Below, piece after piece: positions 6,909 through 12,759 of a stretch of DNA of 12,759 bases. Position 1 is the first letter of the stretch; each line of letters opens with the position of its first letter. The notes under the pieces are model-generated. The model did no database searches, was not told the DNA's origin, and saw only the letters and a program-made list of their open reading frames with translations. Origin of the DNA: an uncultured Deinococcales bacterium (GTDB taxonomy: Bacteria; Deinococcota; Deinococci; Deinococcales; JAAFIG01); NCBI GenBank assembly GCA_964244895.1, contig CAXTKV010000159.1, positions 1 through 12,759 on the forward strand, written 5' to 3'. A program made the translations under genes and the position numbers.

Positions 6909-6971
6909 GAGAACACCGTCCAGGACAGTGTTTTTGCGATATACGAGGACACCGTGCAGGACGGTCTTCTT
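6909..6971. repeat. two 27-bp palindromic units
   Basis: GAGAACACCGTC-CAG-GACAGTGTTTTT (6909-6935) and GAGGACACCGTG-CAG-GACGGTCTTCTT (6945-6971). Confidence 0.85.
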
Positions 6972-6995
6972 GAAAACCCGAGTTAAGATTCAGCC

Positions 6996-7691
6996 GTGAG
7001 CGACCCGAAACTCGAACTCTGGCTGGTGCGGCACGGTGAAACCACCTGGAACGCGGAAGGCCGCTGGCAGGGGCACGCGGACGTGCCGCTCTCAGAGGTT
7101 GGGCGCGATCAGGCGCATCGACTGGCCCAACGTCTCGAGGGCGTGAGCTTCGATGCGGTCATCTCGAGCGACCTGATCCGCGCCCTCGAGACCGCGCGGA
7201 TCGTCGCCGCCAGGCTGGGAGGTTCGCCGGACGTGCTGATCGACCCGCGCTGGCGAGAAATTCACGTCGGCGCGCTCGGCGGCCTGACGCCCGCCGAGGC
7301 CGAAGCGCGCGGCCTGGGGCGCTGGCATCGTCCCTTCGACGAACGCTACCCGGACGGTGAATCCCGAGCCGAGATGGGCGTGCGCGTCTCGCACGCGCTG
7401 GCGCAAGTCGCGCGGGAACACGCGGGACAGCGCGCGATCGTCTTCTCGCACGGCGGCACGATCAAATCGGCCTTCGGCGCGCTCCTGGGCGACCCGCAAT
7501 CCCCGATCCTGGGATCGTTCGGCACGCTGGTCAACGCGGCCATTTCCCGGTTTCAGGTTTCGCTCGAGACGATTGACCCCACCGACGAAGGCGAGCCCGA
7601 CACCATCGCGCGCGGCAGGTTGCTGGTCTTCAACGACACCGCGCACCTCGAAGAACGCGTCCATGAGCCCAACCTCGAGCGCGCGCTCTGA
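6996..7691 (+). CDS. histidine phosphatase / phosphoglycerate mutase family protein, 231 aa
   Basis: LWLVRHGETTWNAEGRWQGHADVPLSEVG, SSDLIRALETA, REIHVG, FSHGGTI, FNDTAHL. TAAGAT (6984-6989)-N6-GTG suggests a leaderless start. Confidence 0.95.
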   Translation: MSDPKLELWLVRHGETTWNAEGRWQGHADVPLSEVGRDQAHRLAQRLEGVSFDAVISSDLIRALETARIVAARLGGSPDVLIDPRWREIHVGALGGLTPAEAEARGLGRWHRPFDERYPDGESRAEMGVRVSHALAQVAREHAGQRAIVFSHGGTIKSAFGALLGDPQSPILGSFGTLVNAAISRFQVSLETIDPTDEGEPDTIARGRLLVFNDTAHLEERVHEPNLERAL

Positions 7692-7706
7692 GACGGTGTT
7701 CTCGAG
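7674..7706. repeat. palindromic unit overlapping a gene end
   Basis: CTC-GAGCGCGCGCTC-TGA-GACGGTGTTCTC-GAG. The two CTCGAG sites are 27 bp apart and the central triplet is the gene's stop codon. Confidence 0.7.
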
Positions 7707-7787
7707 CATTGATGCGTTATTCTCCGCTGACCCCAAGGCCAAGAGAACTGTCCCACACGAGGTTTTTACCCCACGCCAAAAGCGCAC

Positions 7788-7816
7788 TTGCACGCCCCGA
7801 AAACCCGTGATACCAT
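7788..7816 (+). promoter_or_regulatory. sigma70-type promoter of the tRNA gene
   Basis: TTGCAC (7788-7793), 17-bp spacer ending in TGa, TACCAT (7811-7816). Confidence 0.75.
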
Positions 7817-7854
7817 CCACTTCGCGCTTCTGTGCCGCACTTGAAGCGACGTGT

Positions 7855-7929
7855 TCGGTGGTAGCTCAGCGGTAGAGCGGTCGGCTGTTAACCGATTGGT
7901 CGCAAGTTCGATCCTTGCCCACCGAGCCA
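7855..7929 (+). tRNA. tRNA-Asn (GTT)
   Basis: Acceptor stem TCGGTGG/CCACCGA, D-arm GCTC/GAGC, anticodon arm GTCGG-CTGTTAA-CCGAT (GTT at 7887-7889), T-arm GCAAG-TTCGATC-CTTGC, discriminator G, encoded CCA. Confidence 0.98.
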
Positions 7930-7931
7930 GC

Positions 7932-7960
7932 AAGAACCCCGTCCTGAACGGGGTTCTTTC
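7932..7960. terminator. hairpin between convergent tRNA and AKR genes; also matches the 27-bp unit
   Basis: AAGAACCCCGT-CCTGA-ACGGGGTTCTT, an 11-bp perfect stem. Confidence 0.75.
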
Positions 7961-7980
7961 GATCCTGGCGCCATCGAAGC

Positions 7981-8931
7981 TCAGCTCGCGAGCGCTTTTT
8001 CCGGGCTGGTGATCTTGTCTATTTCCTCGAGTTCTTCGGGGCTGAGCGCCCAACTCACGCCTTTAACGTTCTGCTCGAGCTGTTCGGGTCTGGTCGCGCC
8101 CGCGATCACGCTGGGCACGACGGGTTGCGCGGCCAGCCAGCTCAGGGCCAGTTCCAGAATCGTGTGGCCTCTGGCGTGGCTGAAGGCGATCAGGGCTTCC
8201 ACGATGCCCCAGTTGCGCTCGGTGAAATACTGGTTTTGCGGGTTGGCGCTCAGGCGCGCGCCTTCCGGCAGCGGTTGATCCTTGCGGTACTTGCCGCTCA
8301 AGAGGCCGCTCGCCAGCGGAAAGTACGGCAGCAGTCCCACGCCGTACTTGCGGGCCATCGGGATCAGGTCGCGTTCGGCGTCGCGCACCAGCAGGCTGTA
8401 CTCGTCCTGGCAGGAAATGAACGCCTCGAGCCCCATGCTTTTGGCGATCAACTGCGCTTCGACCACCTGCCAGGCGGGCAGATTCGAGCAGCCGACGTAT
8501 CGCACCATGCCGCGCCGCACGAGGTCGTTGAGGGCGCTCATCGTCTCCTCTATCGGGGTCAAGGGGTCGGGGCGGTGCAGCTGGTACAGGTCGATGTAAT
8601 CGGTCTTGAGGCGCTTCAGGCTGTCCAGGGCGGCTTTGAAGATGTAGCTGCGGGATGCGCCTTTGCGCCGTCCGTCGTCCATCGGGATGGCGAACTTGGT
8701 GGCCAGCACGATCTGGTCGCGCATGTCGCCCAGGATTTCCCCGAGGAAGCGCTCCGATCCACCGCGATTGCCGTACACATCGGCGGTGTCAAAAAGCGTG
8801 ATGCCCAGGTCGAAAGCCTTGTGCACCACGGCTCGCGTGGCCTCGAGATCGATGCGTCCGCCGAAATTGTTGCAGCCCAGCCCGACGACCGAGACCCGCA
8901 ATCCGGAATGGCCGATGTTGCGCTCTTCCAT
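7981..8931 (-). CDS. aldo/keto reductase, 316 aa
   Basis: GLRVSVVGLGCNNFG, FDTADVYG, LATKF, SLKRLKTDYIDLYQLHRPD, PYFPLASGLLSGKY, VIAGATRPEQLEQN. RBS GGAGGT upstream. Confidence 0.97.
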   Translation of the reverse strand: MEERNIGHSGLRVSVVGLGCNNFGGRIDLEATRAVVHKAFDLGITLFDTADVYGNRGGSERFLGEILGDMRDQIVLATKFAIPMDDGRRKGASRSYIFKAALDSLKRLKTDYIDLYQLHRPDPLTPIEETMSALNDLVRRGMVRYVGCSNLPAWQVVEAQLIAKSMGLEAFISCQDEYSLLVRDAERDLIPMARKYGVGLLPYFPLASGLLSGKYRKDQPLPEGARLSANPQNQYFTERNWGIVEALIAFSHARGHTILELALSWLAAQPVVPSVIAGATRPEQLEQNVKGVSWALSPEELEEIDKITSPEKALAS

Positions 8932-9020
8932 GTCTGCACCTCCGCCGCAGGCTACCGAGCCGCGCCGCGGGTGTCCATTGGGTGCCCCACGAAGGTCGCG
9001 CTCGAGTGACGCGATCCGGC

Positions 9021-9803
9021 TCAGTTCATGACGGTTCCACCATCGATGTTCAATCCCTGCCCCGTGATCGCCCGCGCGTGACTGGACGCCAGGAACAGCA
9101 CCAGCGCCGCGACTTCAATGGGTTGCACCATCTGTTGCTGCGGGATGTCCTTGACCAGGCTGGCGACGGCCTCTTCCTGGGATCGCCCGGTTTTCTGCAC
9201 GATGTTGCGCACGGTCTCCTCGACCATTTCCGTGGCGACCCAGCCGGGGCAGACGGCGTTGACGGTCACGCCCCTGGTGGCGTAATCGAGCGCCAGGCTT
9301 CTGGTCAGCCCGAGCATGGCGTGTTTGGACGCGTTGTAGGCGGCGCTGTAGCGCAATCCGGTCTTGGCGGCGATGCTGGCGATGTTGATCACGCGCCCCC
9401 ACTTGCGCGCCGCCATGCCCTCGATCGTCAGTTGGGTCAAGCGCATGGCGGCGTCCACGTTGACGCGCTGCACGCGCTGCCAGAGTTCATAGGGCTGATC
9501 GGTGAATTTGACGCCCTGCGTGATGCCCGCGTTGTTGACCAGGATGTCTACCGGGCCGAGTTCGGTCTGCGCCCTGCCGACCGCGCTCTCGAGGGAATTG
9601 AAGTCCAGCACGTCGCAGACGATCGGCAGTGCGCGCCGACCCAACGCGCGAATCTCGAGCGCCAGAGATTCCAGGTCGGCTTTTGATCTGGCCGTGACGG
9701 CCACGTCCGCGCCAGCCCGCGCGAACTCGAGCGCGACCGCCCGTCCGATGCCGCGCGAGGCTCCGGTGACGAGGGCGATCCTGTCGGTCAGTTCTATTTG
9801 CAT
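9021..9803 (-). CDS. short-chain dehydrogenase/reductase (3-hydroxybutyrate dehydrogenase-like), 260 aa
   Basis: TGASRGIG, LVNNAG, YNASK catalytic motif, VNAVCPG. RBS AAGGAGG before ATG 9803. Confidence 0.95.
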   Translation of the reverse strand: MQIELTDRIALVTGASRGIGRAVALEFARAGADVAVTARSKADLESLALEIRALGRRALPIVCDVLDFNSLESAVGRAQTELGPVDILVNNAGITQGVKFTDQPYELWQRVQRVNVDAAMRLTQLTIEGMAARKWGRVINIASIAAKTGLRYSAAYNASKHAMLGLTRSLALDYATRGVTVNAVCPGWVATEMVEETVRNIVQKTGRSQEEAVASLVKDIPQQQMVQPIEVAALVLFLASSHARAITGQGLNIDGGTVMN

Positions 9804-9861
9804 CCCTGGCCTCCTTCCCCGAGCGCGGCGCGAGTTGGCGGTCGCGGGACGAGATCGTCTA

Positions 9862-9925
9862 CCCGAGAACACCGTCCCACACGCAGATTTCGAGCCTCGA
9901 GAACCGCGTCCCCGACGGTGTTTCC
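9862..9925. repeat. two 27-bp palindromic units
   Basis: CCC-GAGAACACCGTC-CCA-CACGCAGATTTC-GAG (9862-9894) and CTC-GAGAACCGCGTC-CCC-GACGGTGTTTCC (9896-9925). Confidence 0.8.
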
Positions 9926-9927
9926 TC

Positions 9928-9955
9928 TGACCCCTGACCTTTGACTCCTGCCCAC
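9928..9955 (-). repeat. heptamer tandem repeat (RRRGTCA-like x4)
   Basis: Minus strand directly after the TAG stop: GTGGGCA GGAGTCA AAGGTCA GGGGTCA. Confidence 0.65.
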
Positions 9956-10939
9956 CTACGGCGCGATGATCACCTTACCCGTGCTGGCGCGCGAGAGCAC
10001 GAACTCGAAGGCGTCCCCGGCGTTTTCCAGCGAGAACGTCTGGCCGACGATCGGTTTGACCGCGCCGGACGCGAGCAACGGCGCGATGAACCCCGTGGCC
10101 TCGCGCATGATCTCGGCCTCGCCCAGGAGGGGCGTCAGCCACACGCCGATGACGGCCACGTTTTTCTTCATCAGCGCGGTCGGGTTGAGGTTGCTTCCCT
10201 CGCGGCTGGCGTTGCCGATCACCAGGACGCGACCCAATGCGTTCATCATGGCCAGCCGATCCTGGAATCCGAAGCCGCCGACGACGCTCAGGTACAGGTC
10301 GACGCCTTTGCCGCCGGTGGCGCTCAGCACGGCCTCGCGCAGGTCTTCGCGGCTCGAGACGAAAGTGTCATCAGCTCCGAGGGATCTGGCGAGCTCGAGC
10401 TTGGCCTCGCTGGAGGCCGTGGCGATCACGCGCAAGTGCATGGCTTTGGCCAGTTGGATCGAGGCCGTCCCGAGCGCTCCGGCGGCGGCTTCGACCAGCA
10501 CCGTTTCGCCCGCTTCGGCGTGACCGAGCGTCTTCAGGCTGAAGTACGCCGTGTAGTACGACACGGGCAGCGCGGCGGCTTCTGGGGCGCTCAGGTTGGG
10601 TGGAATCGGGATCACGGCGGCGGCGGGCACGCAGGCATATTCGGCAAACGCGCCCGTACCGCCGAGCGCCGCCACCAGTTGCCCCACCTGGAGCCCCGTC
10701 ACGCCCTCACCGAGCGCGTCCACGACGCCGGAAAATTCCATTCCGGGAATGAACGGCACGCGGGCGCGCGTCAGGTATTCGCCGCGAACGTTGAGGATGT
10801 CGGCGAAGTTCAGTCCGACGGCCTCGACGCGCAACCTGACCCATCCGGCGCGGGGTTCGGGCACGGGCAATTGCGCGATCTCGAGGACTTCCGGGCCGCC
10901 GAGGCGGTTGACTTGAATCGCTTTCATGGTCTGAGTCAC
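9956..10939 (-). CDS. NADPH:quinone oxidoreductase family (MDR) protein, ~327 aa
   Basis: MKAIQV..GGPEVL, GLNFAD, PFIPGMEFSG, EAAAGALG, STGKVII. Start placed at GTG 10939 (TATCCT-N6-GTG). ATG 10927 is the alternative. Confidence 0.95.
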   Translation of the reverse strand: MTQTMKAIQVNRLGGPEVLEIAQLPVPEPRAGWVRLRVEAVGLNFADILNVRGEYLTRARVPFIPGMEFSGVVDALGEGVTGLQVGQLVAALGGTGAFAEYACVPAAAVIPIPPNLSAPEAAALPVSYYTAYFSLKTLGHAEAGETVLVEAAAGALGTASIQLAKAMHLRVIATASSEAKLELARSLGADDTFVSSREDLREAVLSATGGKGVDLYLSVVGGFGFQDRLAMMNALGRVLVIGNASREGSNLNPTALMKKNVAVIGVWLTPLLGEAEIMREATGFIAPLLASGAVKPIVGQTFSLENAGDAFEFVLSRASTGKVIIAP

Positions 10940-11003
10940 GCGCAGAGGATACGTCAGGGCGCGTTCTGTGGTGGTTGCCCAGGCTTCAAATCGTGCGGAT
11001 GGC

Positions 11004-11058
11004 GAGAGCACCGTCGCCGACGCGCCTCGAGAAGACCATCCAGCACGGTGTTCTCGAG
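11004..11058. repeat. two tandem palindromic units; the second is the most complete CTCGAG-bounded copy
   Basis: GAGAGCACCGTC-GCC-GACGCGCCTC then CTC-GAGAAGACCATC-CAG-CACGGTGTTCTC-GAG (11026-11058). Confidence 0.85.
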
Positions 11059-11074
11059 TTGCTCGAACCCGTGC

Positions 11075-11851
11075 CTATTTTGGCTGCTCGAGTTGCACGT
11101 AGAACGGTTGAACGCCGCTTTCGGTGCCGAGGACGCAGTGGCTCTGGGGACGCCACACGAGTTCGATTTCCGGTTGGTACGCTTCAGATCCGGGCGGCGC
11201 GAGGTTGAGGGGCGTGCGGCTGCCGTCCTTGCGGATCAGCACGGCCTTGAGCTTGTACGTACCGAGCGGAAGATCGTAGAGACCATCGTCGCTCGCGGGG
11301 TACTCGAGCGGCGCTTGTTTGACGATCACGGACGCCCTGCTGCCGTCCAGCAGCGGCCCGGTCGGGGTGAGCGTGAACTCGACGGCGCGGGATGCGTCTC
11401 GGGGAAGGGAATTGCTCCACCCGATCAGGATCGTCGCGCCAAAGTACGAGTCCGTGTTGCCGACCTTGCCGGTCAGTTGCCAGCGGAAGTTGCGCTCTGC
11501 CCCCTGGATCACGGGGAAGGAGTTGTAGTCCGTCGGTTTGGGCATGGCGAGCAGCAGGCAGACGGTGCTTCCAGCGTATTCCGTATCAAAAAAGGCTTCC
11601 GCCCTGTAGGTCGCCTTGATCAGATCGTTGATGGCGTAGCGCCCGTCCGGGCCGCTCGTCACCTCGGCCCGTCCGTACACGAAATCCGCCCGGAGACGAA
11701 CCCTGGCTCCTTTGAGCGGTTTCCCTTTCGTGTCCAGCACGATGCCCGAGACCGTGAACGGTCGGAGCTTGCCGGTCTGCGCGGACAGCGCGCCCGAGAG
11801 CAGCAGTCCGCACGCCAGAACGATGCGGTAGGAACGCGAACGTTTCACCAT
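11075..11851 (-). CDS. secreted protein with carboxypeptidase-regulatory-like (transthyretin-fold) domain, 258 aa
   Basis: RBS GGAGG, signal peptide MVKRSRSYRIVLACGLLLSGALSA|Q, then VSGIVLDTKGKPLKGARVRL...TSGPDGRYAINDL...Y. Confidence 0.85.
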   Translation of the reverse strand: MVKRSRSYRIVLACGLLLSGALSAQTGKLRPFTVSGIVLDTKGKPLKGARVRLRADFVYGRAEVTSGPDGRYAINDLIKATYRAEAFFDTEYAGSTVCLLLAMPKPTDYNSFPVIQGAERNFRWQLTGKVGNTDSYFGATILIGWSNSLPRDASRAVEFTLTPTGPLLDGSRASVIVKQAPLEYPASDDGLYDLPLGTYKLKAVLIRKDGSRTPLNLAPPGSEAYQPEIELVWRPQSHCVLGTESGVQPFYVQLEQPK

Positions 11852-11979
11852 TTCATCCTCCGTTGTCGAGGCCAAGGTGGGGCGCGCACAGGCTGCTCGA
11901 GAAAGTCTCGATTCGACTACACCACTTTCGAGGATCGAATCGTGTGTGAAAGTTCCCCGCAGCGTTTTCCTCGGTCAGC

Positions 11980-12008
11980 TTGACTTAACGCTGTTCTGCA
12001 TATATGCT
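11980..12008 (+). promoter_or_regulatory. sigma70-type promoter of nrtR
   Basis: TTGACT (11980-11985)-17 bp-TATGCT (12003-12008). RBS-like AAGGTG at 12019-12024. Confidence 0.75.
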
Positions 12009-12028
12009 GTGTGCAGGTAAGGTGAACC

Positions 12029-12759
12029 ATGTCCAAACGAAGCATCCCGCAACCCGAACAAACCTTCCTCGAGACCTACGACCCGAAACAGTTCGAGCGC
12101 CCCAGCGTGACCACCGATGTCGTGATGCTGACCGTCAAGGAACGCCAACTGAACCTGCTGATCGTGCAGCGCGACGAGCACCCCTACCGGGGCGAATGGA
12201 GTCTGCCGGGCGGATTCGTCGGTATCAGCGAATCGCTCGAAGGGGCCGCCGCACGCGTCCTGCGCGACAAGGCGGGGCTCGAGCAAGTCTTCTTGGAGCA
12301 GCTTTACACCTTCGGCCAACCCGACCGCGACCCCAGAACCCGCGTCATCACCGTCGCGTACTACGCGCTCGTCAGCGCCGAACGACTCGAAGCCCTCAGG
12401 CTGGAAAGAAATCTCAGGCTCGCGACCATCGACGTGCCCTGGGCCGGTGAAATCGGCGGCCCGGTCAGCCTGGAACTCGAGGGGAAAGCCGTAGCGCTCG
12501 CGTTCGACCACCAGACCATCGTCGGAACCGCCATCAAGCGCTTGCGCGGCAAGCTCGATTACGCCCCCGTCGGTTTTCAACTGCTGCCCGACCGCTTCAC
12601 GCTGCGCGCCCTCCAGGACGTACACGAAACCATCCTGGGACGCGAAGTCAACAAGGATTCGTTCCGGCGTCGGATGCAACTTTCCGGGCAACTCGAACCG
12701 ACCGGAGACCGCGAGGAAGGCACCGATTACCGACCCGCCGAGTATTACGTCTTCAAACA
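12029..12759 (+). CDS. nrtR: NrtR-family Nudix-domain transcriptional regulator (partial, runs off window end; not in ORF track)
   Basis: MSKRSIPQPEQTFLETYDPKQFERPSVTTDVV...GEWSLPGGFV...LEQLYTFGQPDRDPRTRVITVAYYALV...LAFDHQTIV...LLPDRFTLRALQDVHETILGREVNKDSFRRRM...RPAEYYVFK: Nudix fold plus winged helix. Confidence 0.93.
   Translation, partial: MSKRSIPQPEQTFLETYDPKQFERPSVTTDVVMLTVKERQLNLLIVQRDEHPYRGEWSLPGGFVGISESLEGAAARVLRDKAGLEQVFLEQLYTFGQPDRDPRTRVITVAYYALVSAERLEALRLERNLRLATIDVPWAGEIGGPVSLELEGKAVALAFDHQTIVGTAIKRLRGKLDYAPVGFQLLPDRFTLRALQDVHETILGREVNKDSFRRRMQLSGQLEPTGDREEGTDYRPAEYYVFK

Noticed and set aside
6909..6971. Palindromic repeats as a CRISPR array
   Set aside because: Copies are degenerate, at most paired, separated by 0-9 bp and scattered among genes. 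No unique spacers and no cas genes.
7855..7980. tRNA-Asn as integration site of a genomic island
   Set aside because: No duplicate of the tRNA 3' end, no integrase, and CTCGAG density and codon style are similar on both sides.
9941..11983. 680-aa plus-strand ORF (also 8125..9009, 8982..9686, 4179..5303, 799..1617, 11975..12691)
   Set aside because: Antisense shadows of well-supported genes, caused by stop-codon scarcity in GC-rich DNA. No recognisable motifs.
12004..12450. 148-aa plus-strand ORF
   Set aside because: Alternative frame overlapping nrtR, whose frame (from 12029) carries all family motifs.

Overview
GC-rich (roughly 65% by eye) bacterial chromosomal window, most likely Deinococcota. 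This is inferred from proteins resembling Thermus Ndx1 and the Thermus stand-alone Lrp/AsnC (RAM) protein, and from several leaderless genes with a -10 box 6-7 nt before the start codon. Gene content is mostly housekeeping: the 3' end of an OmpR-family regulator plus a sensor kinase, YraN, a lipoprotein, dcd, two histidine-phosphatase-family genes, a Nudix hydrolase coupled to a hypothetical gene, an Lrp/AsnC ligand-binding-domain gene broken by one in-frame TAA, tRNA-Asn(GTT), AKR/SDR/quinone oxidoreductase genes, a secreted protein and a partial NrtR. The most unusual signals are: (1) about 50 CTCGAG sites, roughly ten times the expected number; (2) a dispersed 27-bp palindromic unit GAGAA(C/G)ACCGTC-NNN-GACGGT(G/C)TTCTC, bounded by CTCGAG sites, in most intergenic gaps; (3) RRRGTCA heptamer arrays directly after stop codons; (4) a 42-aa membrane protein gene with its own RBS and terminator that is missing from the ORF track; (5) the nonsense codon at 5989-5991. 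No integrase, transposase or CRISPR array was seen. All family assignments come from recalled motifs, not database searches.
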